DNA of 53,376 bases, from the NCBI GenBank assembly GCA_964574145.1, contig CAZNKJ010000005.1, forward strand, positions 1 through 53,376, in the 5' to 3' direction. The translations under genes were made by a program, and so were the position numbers. The stretch is from an uncultured Candidatus Saccharibacteria bacterium. Lineage in GTDB: Bacteria; Patescibacteriota; Minisyncoccia; Phycocordibacterales; CAZNKJ01. This document shows, piece by piece, positions 17,677 through 27,572 of the stretch (position 1 is its first letter; every line of letters begins with the position of its first letter). The notes under the pieces were generated by a model. That model was given only the letters and a program-made list of their open reading frames with translations, did no database searches and was not told the origin of the DNA.

Positions 17677-19137
17677 ATGGCAAAAGAAGAAACAATAGTA
17701 AGATTTGAAGAAGTTTCATTTGAACACAGTGTTAATAAGCCTATTCTAGATGAGGTGAGTTTTTCAGTACGTCGAGGGTCAAAGGTTGCTCTTATGGGTC
17801 AAAACGGTGCTGGTAAAAGTACTTTACTTAAACTAATTACAAAAGAGGTTTCTCCAGCAGATGGGGACATTCACCTAGCTGCCCGTTTGTCTATAGCGAC
17901 AGCTAAGCAAGTTATCTCTAGAGACAATCTTGATCTTACAGTGCGATTATTTTTTGAAGAGTGTTTTGATTCTAAGATCTATGACATAGACCCCAGGATA
18001 GATGGTGTTTTGGAGGCAGTGAATCTAGTAGCTTCTAAAGATAAAAAAATAAAAGATTTTTCAGGTGGACAGCAGGCAAGATTACTTTTAGCTTCTGCTT
18101 TGATTCAAAAGCCGGATCTACTTCTTCTGGATGAGCCAACGAATAATTTGGATAAAGATGGAGTAGCTCATCTGAGAAATTTTTTGGCTGACTATAAAGG
18201 GACTGTCATTGTTATTTCACACGACGCAGATTTTTTGAATGCTTTTACAGAGAAAGTGCTGTATCTAGATGTCTTTACCAGAAAGATAGAACAGTATGTT
18301 GGTAATTATAAAGACGTGGTACGAGACATCGCTATTCGGGTTGAAAAAGAGCGAAGAAAAAATGCTCAATTTGAGAAACATATTCAGGAGAAAAAAGATA
18401 AAGCAAACTTTTTTGCCAATAAAGGGGGTCGTATGAGGGTTTTGGCGAAACGTATGCGTGAGTCAGCGGCTGAAGCTGAAGAATCTAAAGTGGATATTCG
18501 GCGTGAAGATAAGACGATACGAAAATTTGATATTGAGATTAAAAAACATCACATAGGTGAGATATTACGTATTGAGTCGCTTTCTATCATTAAGGAGCAC
18601 AAGTTAGTTAAAAGGTCAGCTAATATTTCTTTGGTAAAAAACAGACATTTGTTGCTAGTCGGACCTAATGGTATAGGGAAGAGTACCTTGTTGGAACACT
18701 TAGCTCACAATACCGAGAAGGGTGCAAAAATTATGGAAGGTGTAGACGTGGGTTATTACAAGCAAGATTTTTCTATGCTTGATTTCAATGAGACTGTATA
18801 TAAAACGCTTGAATCTGTGATGGACAAACCTGACGAACAGCATATGCGTTCTGTTGCTGCAGGTTTTCTTATTACAGGAGAGCTTATGTATGTAAAAGTA
18901 GGCAATCTTTCAGAGGGACAGAAAGGACTTGTTGCGTTTGCTCAGCTTGTTTTGATGAAACCAAATTTGTTGATACTGGATGAGCCCACCAATCATATAA
19001 ATTTCCGGCACTTACCTGTGATAGCTAAAGCATTAGATCGATATGAGGGAGCGATGGTGATTGTGTCCCATGTACCTGATTTTATAAGTAAGATTCGTAT
19101 TGACGAGATTCTTGACTTAGACTTGTTAAAGAAATAG
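17677..19137 (+). CDS. ABC-F family ATPase (two ABC domains, no TMD)
   Basis: Two Walker A sites (GQNGAGKST, GPNGIGKST), two signature motifs (FSGGQQ, LSEGQK), LLLLDEPTN / LLILDEPTN, and a charged inter-domain linker. Confidence 0.85.
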   Translation: MAKEETIVRFEEVSFEHSVNKPILDEVSFSVRRGSKVALMGQNGAGKSTLLKLITKEVSPADGDIHLAARLSIATAKQVISRDNLDLTVRLFFEECFDSKIYDIDPRIDGVLEAVNLVASKDKKIKDFSGGQQARLLLASALIQKPDLLLLDEPTNNLDKDGVAHLRNFLADYKGTVIVISHDADFLNAFTEKVLYLDVFTRKIEQYVGNYKDVVRDIAIRVEKERRKNAQFEKHIQEKKDKANFFANKGGRMRVLAKRMRESAAEAEESKVDIRREDKTIRKFDIEIKKHHIGEILRIESLSIIKEHKLVKRSANISLVKNRHLLLVGPNGIGKSTLLEHLAHNTEKGAKIMEGVDVGYYKQDFSMLDFNETVYKTLESVMDKPDEQHMRSVAAGFLITGELMYVKVGNLSEGQKGLVAFAQLVLMKPNLLILDEPTNHINFRHLPVIAKALDRYEGAMVIVSHVPDFISKIRIDEILDLDLLKK

Positions 19138-19207
19138 AGAATTTAAATAATATTGAGGTGATAGGTAAGGATTAAAAAGGATTGAGTTAACTTAGTTAAA
19201 GAATTTT

Positions 19208-19513
19208 TTACAAAGATAACTCCTTTATAATAGGCACAACTCTCAGTACACGGAGTCCTTTTTTCGTAATACTGTATTCTACATGGGGAGGTATTTTTTT
19301 GTAGTCTTTTCTCTCAATCAGCTTATGATGTGCTAAAAGACGTAATGTTTGAATAAGCATCTTTTCAGAAATATCAGGAATTTCTTTTTTGAGTTCGCCA
19401 TAGCGAAAAGTATGTGTAAGAGTAGATAGTACAATAAGAGACCAACGTCCACCGAGTATTTTGATACCTCTTCTGAGAGGGCAGTTTGTTACTGTATTAT
19501 TTTTTGATGTCAT
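19208..19513 (-). CDS. HxlR-family transcriptional regulator
   Basis: CPLRRGIKILGGRWSLIVL...FRYGELKKEIPDISEKMLIQTLRLL...VEYSITKKG. Confidence 0.85.
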   Translation of the reverse strand: MTSKNNTVTNCPLRRGIKILGGRWSLIVLSTLTHTFRYGELKKEIPDISEKMLIQTLRLLAHHKLIERKDYKKIPPHVEYSITKKGLRVLRVVPIIKELSL

Positions 19514-19603
19514 ATAACCATGCTAACCAAAAAGTAGGTACTTGTCAAAAATAATGTATTTGATTAAAATAAATCATTATTTGAATAACTTAAAACTATT
19601 AAG

Positions 19604-20236
19604 ATGATTAAATTATATTATGGTCCTAATACATGTGCGATGTCTGAGCACATAGTACTTGAATGGATAGGAGAAGAGTATGAGGCTGTTAAGTCAGATT
19701 ATAGTGATCCAGAATTTCTCAAGATTAACCCAAAAGGCGCTGTGCCGGCCATGCAAGATGACAATGGTCCAATTATGACGCAAAATGACGCGTTATTAAA
19801 TTATCTTGCGCAGAAATATCCAAAGGCGCAAATAGCCGGAGATGGTTCTCTAGAGCAGACTTACCAAATGAACCATTGGCTTGCGTACGTTGGGAGCGAC
19901 CTTCATCCAGCATTCAAACCACTTTTTTCAGTTGAACGTTATACTACTGAGAATGATGAGGAATCTCTTGAGGCAGTTAAGGAAGCCGCGAAGAAACGTA
20001 TTGATGCAGAACTTGCACATCTTGAAAAAGGTCTAGAAGGACGTGAATATCTTGTTACTGACAAACCAACTATCGCTGATGCCTATGCTTTTGTTGTGTC
20101 TCGCTGGTATGAATTTACAACAGGTAAAGATCTTTTAGAGAATTTTCCAAATGTAGCCGCTTTTCGGGAGCGTATGATGAAAGACGAGGCTGTTGCTAAA
20201 GTAGTTGGTATACACAATCCAAGTGAGGAAAACTAG
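19604..20236 (+). CDS. Glutathione S-transferase (beta-class-like)
   Basis: MIKLYYGPNTCAMSEHIVLEW...INPKGAVPAM N-terminal thioredoxin-like fold and a C-terminal helical domain. Divergent from the HxlR gene. Confidence 0.85.
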   Translation: MIKLYYGPNTCAMSEHIVLEWIGEEYEAVKSDYSDPEFLKINPKGAVPAMQDDNGPIMTQNDALLNYLAQKYPKAQIAGDGSLEQTYQMNHWLAYVGSDLHPAFKPLFSVERYTTENDEESLEAVKEAAKKRIDAELAHLEKGLEGREYLVTDKPTIADAYAFVVSRWYEFTTGKDLLENFPNVAAFRERMMKDEAVAKVVGIHNPSEEN

Positions 20237-20296
20237 ATTTCTAGTTTCAGAACTCTAACAGGTTTTGTGCACTATTTTTGTGTGTGGAGATGTTAA

Positions 20297-20330
20297 GAAA
20301 AAAACCATCTTTGTAAAGATGGTTTTTTTC
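20297..20330. terminator. Bidirectional terminator hairpin between convergent genes
   Basis: GAAAAAAACCATCTTT-GT-AAAGATGGTTTTTTTC. Confidence 0.75.
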
Positions 20331-20359
20331 TTAGACGACAACTATTCGCGGTATTTGTT

Positions 20360-20743
20360 TTAGAGAGAGTCTATAACTTTTTTGAGTTTCTTTTCTGCTT
20401 CTTGAGATATGTCTGCTAATTTAGGGTTTTCTACCATACCCATAGCCACAGATGGAACTATTGCAGAAATGGACACTTTTTCGTTATTTTCATATACGAT
20501 AACGTTGCAGGGCAACAAAAGTCCTATCTCTTTTTCTGCCTGAAGGGCTTTGTACGCAAACTGTGGGTTGCAGGCGCCAAGAATAATGTAATTGTCGTAA
20601 TCTACATCAATTTTCTTCTTTAGGGTTGTTTTAACATCTATTTCGGTTAATACCCCAAACCCTTCTTTAGAGAGTTCCTCTTTTATTTTTTCTACCGTTT
20701 TCTCAAAAGTGGAATCTACTTGTTTAGAATATCCGTAATTCAT
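20360..20743 (-). CDS. DUF302 domain protein
   Basis: FGVLTEIDVKTTLKKK...YIILGACNPQFAYKAL...LLPCNVIVYE. Confidence 0.8.
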   Translation of the reverse strand: MNYGYSKQVDSTFEKTVEKIKEELSKEGFGVLTEIDVKTTLKKKIDVDYDNYIILGACNPQFAYKALQAEKEIGLLLPCNVIVYENNEKVSISAIVPSVAMGMVENPKLADISQEAEKKLKKVIDSL

Positions 20744-20744
20744 A

Positions 20745-21002
20745 TTACCCTTCGTTTTTTACTGCAAATATGTTGTACAACCAGCCAAAAATCCAGAGAA
20801 TTATAAAACTCCAAATAGCTGACTCAATCATGCCACCGATAATTCCACTTGCTGATAGTGAAAAAAAGACATGCCAGTTTTGCATACTCGCTACTGCTTT
20901 AGTATAAATACCAAGATTTCCCAGTATTCCCATTGTAAGCATGCCAAGTGCGGATAATATTGCTCCTGTGTATCCAAGAGCGAGAGCATTAAGTGGTTTC
21001 AT
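20745..21002 (-). CDS. Small integral membrane protein (paralog of 23426-23704)
   Basis: Three hydrophobic helices. Shares the ...GG.IE..I/VYGW.FGWL.. pattern with the 23426 ORF. Confidence 0.6.
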   Translation of the reverse strand: MKPLNALALGYTGAILSALGMLTMGILGNLGIYTKAVASMQNWHVFFSLSASGIIGGMIESAIWSFIILWIFGWLYNIFAVKNEG

Positions 21003-21197
21003 ATTATTTTCTTGATTAACTAATTAATAATAAATATTATAAACCTTTCCCTTATTTTAAATTATACCTCATATATTAGTAATATTTATAAAATTTGGTA
21101 TCAAAAATAATTAGGCAGGAACCTGTCTTCCAGGTAATGTTAGTTTTGTTTTTTACCCCGCAAGAAGCATTCAATCCTTTCTTTAAGCAAGAGAGGG

Positions 21198-21227
21198 TTG
21201 ACATCCAATACCCCATGGGGGTATCAT
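21198..21227 (+). promoter_or_regulatory. Promoter with CsoR-type operator
   Basis: TTGACA (21198-21203), then 18 nt to TATCAT (21222-27). The spacer holds the perfect inverted repeat ATACCCC-ATG-GGGGTAT (21208-21224). Confidence 0.65.
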
Positions 21228-21233
21228 ACTAGA

Positions 21234-21503
21234 ATGAAATCTGAAGTTAAGAATCAGTTGTCTCGTAGGTTAAAAATTATTGAGGGACAGGTTAAAGGTC
21301 TACAGAGATTGGTTGAGAATGATATGTACTGTATAGATGTTATTACTCAAACTTCTGCGGTTCGGCAAGCTCTTTCTTCTATAGAGGACGTGATGCTTAA
21401 AAATCATCTCTCTACACATGTAATTGACCAGATGAAGAGTGGGAAACATGAAAAAGCTGTTGATGAAATTTTATCTGTTTATAAAATCTCAAAAAGAAAA
21501 TAA
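21234..21503 (+). CDS. CsoR/RcnR-family metal-sensing repressor
   Basis: LSRRLKIIEGQVKGLQRLVEND.YCIDVITQ...A..AL and the NHLSTH segment. ATG 21234 is preferred; the TTG start at 21198 lies inside the promoter/operator. Confidence 0.85.
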   Translation: MKSEVKNQLSRRLKIIEGQVKGLQRLVENDMYCIDVITQTSAVRQALSSIEDVMLKNHLSTHVIDQMKSGKHEKAVDEILSVYKISKRK

Positions 21504-21516
21504 TTAAGGTGTCAAT

Positions 21517-21930
21517 ATGTCTAACGAGAAATGTAAAAATAACTTAATAGAAGAGTATGAAGTTTCTCCAAGTAGTGTGGTAGAGCTAGTCAAAAATGGT
21601 AAGTCTCCAGTTATTCTTGACGTGCGTGACAAGGAGGAATATGAAAAGTCTCATCTTGAAAATTCTATTTTACTGTCTGTACATAAGCTTTCACAAAAAT
21701 CACTTACAGACATTGGGCTTGGAGAGAAATCTAAGGACAATGAAATAATTATTTATTGTAGAAGTGGGGTACGAAGTAAAACAGCTTATGAGATAATAAA
21801 ATCACTTGGGTATACAAATATAAAAAGTATGGCTGGTGGGATAGTTCTCTGGGAGGAAAGCGGGTATCAGTTTACAGAAACTGACTCAAAGGTGAGAGAA
21901 AGAGATATTGATAAGGGCAGTATACTATAA
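21517..21930 (+). CDS. Rhodanese-domain sulfurtransferase
   Basis: Active-site loop IIYCRSGVRS, followed by GG..LW. Confidence 0.85.
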   Translation: MSNEKCKNNLIEEYEVSPSSVVELVKNGKSPVILDVRDKEEYEKSHLENSILLSVHKLSQKSLTDIGLGEKSKDNEIIIYCRSGVRSKTAYEIIKSLGYTNIKSMAGGIVLWEESGYQFTETDSKVRERDIDKGSIL

Positions 21931-21956
21931 ATAGTATTATAATATATAATAAATAT

Positions 21957-22919
21957 ATGAAAGGTAATGTGTTAAAAATTTGGCTAGTGTTCTCAGCGTT
22001 TGTTCTTCTATCGATTATCCTTATTGGGATCTTTAGTTTTATGACTTCGTCGGAGTTTATTCCAGGATATTCACTTGCGTTTTTAGCAGGGCTCTCAATG
22101 ATAGTGCTACCTTGTACCTTTCCTCTTGTGTTTATTATAGTTCCATTAGCTCTCTCTAGAGAAAAGGGGAAAGGACTTATGATGGCGCTTTTGTTCGGAC
22201 TTGGTCTTATCGTCACATTTACCATCTACGGAGTGGTGTTAGGGTGGCTTGGAGGTTTTGTTGCCTTATATAAAATTATAAGTGCAATGCTTCTGATTGG
22301 AGGTATTGCTGCACTCTTTTTTGGTATTTCAGAATTAAATCTGGTTGAATTTAAGTTACCGTTCAAGCAGACGATTATGCCAAAGTCTCTACAAGGTAAA
22401 AATGATTATCTACGTAGCTTTTTTCTAGGTTTCTTCCTAGGAAATGCTGGGGTTGGTTGCCCGAATCCAGCGTTCTATATTTTGTTTGGCTATGTTGCTA
22501 CTTTGGGTATTCCTTCTGTTGGCGCCTCTCTGGGTGCTATTCATGGTCTTGGTAGGGTAGTGCCGTTACTTTTTCTTGTAGTTTTGGCGGTCTTAGGTAT
22601 TAACGCCATGAATAAAGTTGGAGAATATCAAGAGAAGGTGAAGAAGTGGGTGGCGTGGTCGTTGGTTGGTTTAGGGGCATTTATTCTGAATTATGGAATA
22701 TTTGGAATGGCTTGGTTTGAGGATTCTATTATTCATCAGACTTGGAATCATGTCCTTGACTGGGCATTTCCAAGGATAGCAGAGTCCGGATCCATAGAAG
22801 CGTCTCTTAGTATACCTTCCGGCACAGGAGGTGTTATTCCTTGGTTGGTATTTGGAGGAATTATTGGAGTAATTATACTTTGGGATGCTATTCGTTCCCG
22901 AAGAACACAAACAGTATGA
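21957..22919 (+). CDS. CcdA/DsbD-family thiol:disulfide transmembrane electron transporter
   Basis: Polytopic membrane protein with the two conserved membrane cysteines (VLPCTFPL, GVGCPNP). Confidence 0.8.
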   Translation: MKGNVLKIWLVFSAFVLLSIILIGIFSFMTSSEFIPGYSLAFLAGLSMIVLPCTFPLVFIIVPLALSREKGKGLMMALLFGLGLIVTFTIYGVVLGWLGGFVALYKIISAMLLIGGIAALFFGISELNLVEFKLPFKQTIMPKSLQGKNDYLRSFFLGFFLGNAGVGCPNPAFYILFGYVATLGIPSVGASLGAIHGLGRVVPLLFLVVLAVLGINAMNKVGEYQEKVKKWVAWSLVGLGAFILNYGIFGMAWFEDSIIHQTWNHVLDWAFPRIAESGSIEASLSIPSGTGGVIPWLVFGGIIGVIILWDAIRSRRTQTV

Positions 22920-23089
22920 GATTAATACCAATTATCCTTATAGGATTATTATTAATTTTACCCACAGCTTTTGTTAATGCGGGTGGAAGTAGTTCAACTA
23001 TTGCCTCTGCGGCTAGTTGGGAAGGTCCTCTTGTTGCGGTTCTTATCATTATTGCGGCGGTAATGATTGCAAAGGAGATTAAGAAATAA
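22916..23089 (+). CDS. Small secreted/membrane-anchored protein
   Basis: ATGA start/stop overlap with the preceding gene. Signal-like N-terminus MRLIPIILIGLLLILPTAFVNA and a C-terminal helix. Confidence 0.4.
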   Translation: MRLIPIILIGLLLILPTAFVNAGGSSSTIASAASWEGPLVAVLIIIAAVMIAKEIKK

Positions 23090-23117
23090 TTTCGTTTATC
23101 AAATAATTAATTAAATT

Positions 23118-23381
23118 ATGTTTAAAGTTACACTTATTCATCCAGACGGATGTGCACATTGTGAGGCAGTAAAGACAACTCTTGAAGAAATGAAGTCAGA
23201 ATATCCAGATATTACAATAGAAGAGATAGATATGGTTACTCCAGAAGGGCAGGAGTTGGTTAAGAAATACGGAATACTTTCAAGTCCTGGTATCTTGGTT
23301 AACGATGATTTCTTTGCATTTGGTGGTGCTACCAAAGAGCAATTTAAGGAAAAATTTGACGAATTGAAACAGGCTCAGTAG
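23118..23381 (+). CDS. Thioredoxin-fold (glutaredoxin-like) protein, CxxC
   Basis: HPDGCAHCEAVK active-site motif in an 87-aa thioredoxin-like layout. Confidence 0.75.
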   Translation: MFKVTLIHPDGCAHCEAVKTTLEEMKSEYPDITIEEIDMVTPEGQELVKKYGILSSPGILVNDDFFAFGGATKEQFKEKFDELKQAQ

Positions 23382-23425
23382 AATTTCCTACTTAGTAGTT
23401 TATTAACGTATTCAATAAATATATT

Positions 23426-23704
23426 ATGAAACACCTTAATATGGTTAAAACAGGGTACTTGGTCGGAATATTTTCATTTGTTTTCTTTGTTTTGTGTATG
23501 TTTTGGGGTTTGGTTCTTTCTGATCCCATTCTAAAAGAACTTCATCAGAATATCCTGCGTATAGTTTATCCAGGATTTGGTTTTAGTGCTCAAGGAGTTC
23601 TTCTTGCTGGAGTTGAAGCATTCGTATATGGGTGGTTCTTTGGAGTATTGCTAGCTTGGTTGTGTAAAAAAATGTGCATTGTAGATACAGTTGAGGTTAA
23701 TTAG
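23426..23704 (+). CDS. Small integral membrane protein (paralog of 20745-21002)
   Basis: Hydrophobic helices and the shared C-terminal motif VEAFVYGWFFGVLLAWL. Confidence 0.55.
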   Translation: MKHLNMVKTGYLVGIFSFVFFVLCMFWGLVLSDPILKELHQNILRIVYPGFGFSAQGVLLAGVEAFVYGWFFGVLLAWLCKKMCIVDTVEVN

Positions 23705-23718
23705 TAAAGATAAAATTC

Positions 23719-24414
23719 ATGCCACACGTTTGGTTTATTTGGAGTTTGCTGTTGTTGTTGATATGGTGTGTTCTTTATTTATCTTTGCGCGATAGTGAGA
23801 GTAGGAAAGAGATGTTCATTGTAAGTCTTTGGACATCTCTCCTTGGTTTTACTGAACCATTTTTTGTTCCAGAGTATTGGAATCCTCCGTCATTGTTTAA
23901 TTTAGCAGCCAATACAGGCTTTGATATAGAAAGCCTTTTGTTTGCATTTGGGATAGGAGGAATAGCTGTTATTTTGTATGGGAGGCTGTTTAAGATACAG
24001 CATATTAAAATGAGCGTTGGAGAGAAATTGCAGTCCCGACATAGTATTCATCTATTTACTTTGCTCTCAGCACCTATTACTTTCATTTTTTTATATTTTA
24101 TAACGGATATAAACCCAATCTATTCAACAATTATAGCTCTTACTATTGGAGGGGTTTTTACTTGGTATTGTCGCCCAGACCTTAAAGTAAAGATGTTCGT
24201 GAGTGCTGTTTTGTTTGTAGTAATCTACTATATATATTTCTTAACTCTGATTATCTATACACCAGGTTATGTTGGAGAGGTGTGGAATTTTAGTACAATT
24301 TCTGGAATTCTTGTAACGGGAGTTCCTCTTGAAGAGTTGTTGTTTGCTGCAAGTTTTGGTTTTATCTGGTCCAGTATTTATGAACATATTACTTGGGAGA
24401 AAATAGTTGCTTAA
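23719..24414 (+). CDS. Polytopic membrane protein, lycopene-cyclase-domain-like
   Basis: Seven or so helices. TEPFFVPEYW and GVPLEELLF resemble the PxEE motifs of CrtYc/d-type domains. Tentative. Confidence 0.45.
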   Translation: MPHVWFIWSLLLLLIWCVLYLSLRDSESRKEMFIVSLWTSLLGFTEPFFVPEYWNPPSLFNLAANTGFDIESLLFAFGIGGIAVILYGRLFKIQHIKMSVGEKLQSRHSIHLFTLLSAPITFIFLYFITDINPIYSTIIALTIGGVFTWYCRPDLKVKMFVSAVLFVVIYYIYFLTLIIYTPGYVGEVWNFSTISGILVTGVPLEELLFAASFGFIWSSIYEHITWEKIVA

Positions 24415-24445
24415 TACATTAGAAACATCTAAATAATTACTTATT

Positions 24446-26539
24446 ATGAACAATAAACATATACATTCTAATCATGAGGATGCACTGGCGTGCTGTCCTG
24501 TCTGTAGAGTATGTTCGCTGTCTGAAAAAGAAGGTGGACATGATGATAACGGATCACAAAAAAAACACCACAATATGGCTGGGGAAGGAGTCGCGCAAAT
24601 GTTTCTTAGAAGGTTTTGGGTAGTTACTTTTCTTCTTATCCCTCTTCTTTTTACAAACGAATTCGTTACAGGTTTTTTTGGAGTAGGTATGTTGCCTTTT
24701 GGTAGGTGGATAGGTTTTGGTATTGCTACGGTGATTTTTGGTTTTTCCCTTGTTTTCTTTCAACACGCTTGGCATGAGATAAAGTCCCGCGCGTATGGGA
24801 TGATGACGTTAGTTTCTCTTGCTGTTGGGGCGGGGTATGCTTTTTCTGTTGTTTCTACTTTTCTCCCCTCTCTAGGTGTGGAGTTTTATCTAGAAATCTC
24901 GACACTTATCTGGGTTCTTCTTTTTGGACACTACCTTGAGGCTCGATCAAGTTCTGCCGCTGGTGATGCTTTGCAGGAGGTTGCTAAATTATTGCCCAAA
25001 AAGTCACATCTTATTGTGGAAGGCAAAGAACAAGAAGTAGATGTTGAAGATCTGAAAGAGGGAGATATTGTTCTCATAAAACCTGGTGAGAAAGTTCCAG
25101 CAGATGGCTTTATTGAGAAAGGTGAGGCAAATGTGGACGAAGCTCTTATTAGCGGAGAATCAAAACCAGTACATAAAACAAATGGTGACGAAGTGGTGGC
25201 GGGGTCAATAGTTCTTGACGGATCTCTTACTGTTAAACTTAGTAGGGTGGGGGAGCATTCTACTATAGGACAGATTCAGAAATTAATAGCTCAAGCACAA
25301 AATACAAAACCAAAAACTCAACGTATAGCGGACAAGGCGTCGGCAGTTCTAACTTTTGTGGCTGGTATTACGGCGCTCCTTACCATACTTGTATGGACGT
25401 TTTTTATTGGAAATACTTTTGTATTTGCAATTACGTTAGCTATTACGGTCCTAGTTATAGCCTGTCCTCATGCTTTGGGTCTTGCGATACCAACAGTTAC
25501 GACAATCACAACGTCTCTTGCTGTAAAAAATGGTATTTTTATAAAAAATCTTGCGAAGATAGAGGTGATACGAAAAGCTGATTATGTTGTTTTTGATAAG
25601 ACAGGGACCTTAACAAAAGGAGAATTTGGGGTAACTGACTTACTTCCATTTGGAAAAAGTACAAAAAATGAAATATTGCAAATAGCGGCGTCTTTAGAAC
25701 AACATTCATCTCATATCATTGGGCAGTCTATTGTGTTGTACGCAGGTAAACAGGAAGTCTCTTTGAAAGAGATATCTAATTTTAAAAATATTGCAGGTAA
25801 GGGGATAGTTGCAGATTTTGGTAATACAACTTACATAGTTGGAAACATTGCACTAATGCAGGATAAGAATATTTTAGTTGATAAAGTTGTGGAGAGCGCA
25901 AGAAAACTATCAGCTCAAGGAAAAACTGCTATCTATGTTGCGGATACAGACAAAATAATTGGCGTTATCGGATTGTCTGATCAGATAAAAGACGAGTCAA
26001 GGACAGCTATCGACAAATTGCATAAACTAGGAGTTAAGGTAGCAATGCTTACGGGCGATAACAATGATGTGGCAAAAGGAGTGGCAGAAGAGTTGGGTAT
26101 TGATACGTATTTTGCCGAAGTTTTGCCAGAAGATAAATATGGACACATTAAAGAGATACAGCAAGAAGGTAATGTTGTGCTTATGGTTGGTGATGGAGTA
26201 AATGACGCACCTGCTCTTACTCAAGCAGATGCTGGTATCGCTATTGGAGCGGGGACAGATGTTGCTGTTGAGGCAGGAGATATTGTTTTAACACGAAACA
26301 ATCCAGAAGATATTGCCAGACTTCTTGTTTTATCAAAAAAAGTGTATGGGAAAATGATACAGAATTTAGTGTGGGCTCTTGGATATAACATAGTTGCGAT
26401 TCCTGCTGCAGCTGGAGTATTTGCTATTTGGGGATTCTTTCTGCGTCCAGAGGTGGGAGCTCTTCTTATGAGTCTTTCAACCGTTATTGTTGTCATCAAT
26501 GCTATGATGTTGAAGAGGATTGATTTGAATAAAGTCTAA
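24446..26539 (+). CDS. Heavy-metal P1B-type ATPase, CopB-like (CPH motif, His-rich N-terminus)
   Basis: TGES-type SGESKP, transmembrane CPHALGLAIP, phosphorylation site FDKTGTLT, hinge GDGVNDAP. The N-terminus is HIHSNHED...CCPVCRVC...HDDNG..KKHHN. Confidence 0.9.
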   Translation: MNNKHIHSNHEDALACCPVCRVCSLSEKEGGHDDNGSQKKHHNMAGEGVAQMFLRRFWVVTFLLIPLLFTNEFVTGFFGVGMLPFGRWIGFGIATVIFGFSLVFFQHAWHEIKSRAYGMMTLVSLAVGAGYAFSVVSTFLPSLGVEFYLEISTLIWVLLFGHYLEARSSSAAGDALQEVAKLLPKKSHLIVEGKEQEVDVEDLKEGDIVLIKPGEKVPADGFIEKGEANVDEALISGESKPVHKTNGDEVVAGSIVLDGSLTVKLSRVGEHSTIGQIQKLIAQAQNTKPKTQRIADKASAVLTFVAGITALLTILVWTFFIGNTFVFAITLAITVLVIACPHALGLAIPTVTTITTSLAVKNGIFIKNLAKIEVIRKADYVVFDKTGTLTKGEFGVTDLLPFGKSTKNEILQIAASLEQHSSHIIGQSIVLYAGKQEVSLKEISNFKNIAGKGIVADFGNTTYIVGNIALMQDKNILVDKVVESARKLSAQGKTAIYVADTDKIIGVIGLSDQIKDESRTAIDKLHKLGVKVAMLTGDNNDVAKGVAEELGIDTYFAEVLPEDKYGHIKEIQQEGNVVLMVGDGVNDAPALTQADAGIAIGAGTDVAVEAGDIVLTRNNPEDIARLLVLSKKVYGKMIQNLVWALGYNIVAIPAAAGVFAIWGFFLRPEVGALLMSLSTVIVVINAMMLKRIDLNKV

Positions 26540-26617
26540 ATCATTAGAGAGGTTCGTTTCAGTCTATTTTCTGTTTCGTGTGTGGAACAATCTGTATGTT
26601 ATAATTTAATAAACTCT

Positions 26618-26788
26618 ATGAAAGAAATAATAAATAAAAAGGAGCAAAAATTATATCAGTGTGAGGAGTGTGGTTTGTATTACTCAGATAGAGAGTGGGC
26701 GGGAAAGTGTGAAGCATGGTGTAGAGAGCGTCATAGTTGTAATTTGGACATTATTGATCATGCTGAGAAAGATTCTACTATTGGCTAA
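26618..26788 (+). CDS. Small cysteine-rich (zinc-ribbon-like) protein
   Basis: YQCEECGLYY...GKCEAWCRERHSC. ATG 26618 chosen over the upstream GTG. Confidence 0.5.
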   Translation: MKEIINKKEQKLYQCEECGLYYSDREWAGKCEAWCRERHSCNLDIIDHAEKDSTIG

Positions 26789-26841
26789 TACTAATTTTTG
26801 AATCTATCTAGTCTAACATTAAAAATTTAAGTATTCTGATT

Positions 26842-27567
26842 ATGAACGAAACTCATGTAAAAACTAATAATCTTATGATTCCTTTGGCTATTGTCATAGC
26901 TGGAGGGCTGATAGCGGGGGCTGTATTCTTTGGAAACCAAGGAGGAGTGTCAAATAGACAGCAGGCGAAGACAATTACTCAACCGACTGGGTCTGTCGAC
27001 AAAGTTAATCCAGTTATAGATAGCGACCATATTCGTGGAAATCCTGACGCGCAGGTAAAAATAGTGGAGTACTCCGATTTCGAGTGTCCTTTTTGTAAAA
27101 GATTTCATAATACTATGAATCAGGTAATGGATGAATATGGTAAAGATGGACGAGTTGCTTGGATATATAGACAATTTCCTCTTGATCAGCTCCATCCAAA
27201 AAATGGTAGAAAAGTAGCTCTTGCTTCTGAGTGTGTTAATGAAATAGCTGGTAACGATGCGTTTTGGAATTTTGCGGATAATTTTTTTAGACTCACCACC
27301 TCAAATGACAGTACTAATCTTGCAATAGTGTTACCTCAAATATATAGCGAAATAGCAGTTGATCAGGTGAAGGTTGAAAGATGTATTGCAAGTGGAAAAT
27401 ATGATAAGCACGTTCAAGATGACATTGATAATGCTATAGCTTCTGGAGGGCGTGGTACTCCGTGGAGTATAGTCATTAGTTCAAATGGCGAGACCCTTCC
27501 TCTTTCTGGAGCGCAACCATATCAGTCAGTGAAACAACTAATAGAGATTGCACTTAAGGTAAAATAA
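26842..27567 (+). CDS. DsbA-family thiol:disulfide oxidoreductase, membrane-anchored
   Basis: N-terminal anchor helix, VEYSDFECPFCKRFH (CxxC), YRQFPL. Confidence 0.85.
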   Translation: MNETHVKTNNLMIPLAIVIAGGLIAGAVFFGNQGGVSNRQQAKTITQPTGSVDKVNPVIDSDHIRGNPDAQVKIVEYSDFECPFCKRFHNTMNQVMDEYGKDGRVAWIYRQFPLDQLHPKNGRKVALASECVNEIAGNDAFWNFADNFFRLTTSNDSTNLAIVLPQIYSEIAVDQVKVERCIASGKYDKHVQDDIDNAIASGGRGTPWSIVISSNGETLPLSGAQPYQSVKQLIEIALKVK

Positions 27568-27572
27568 ATTAT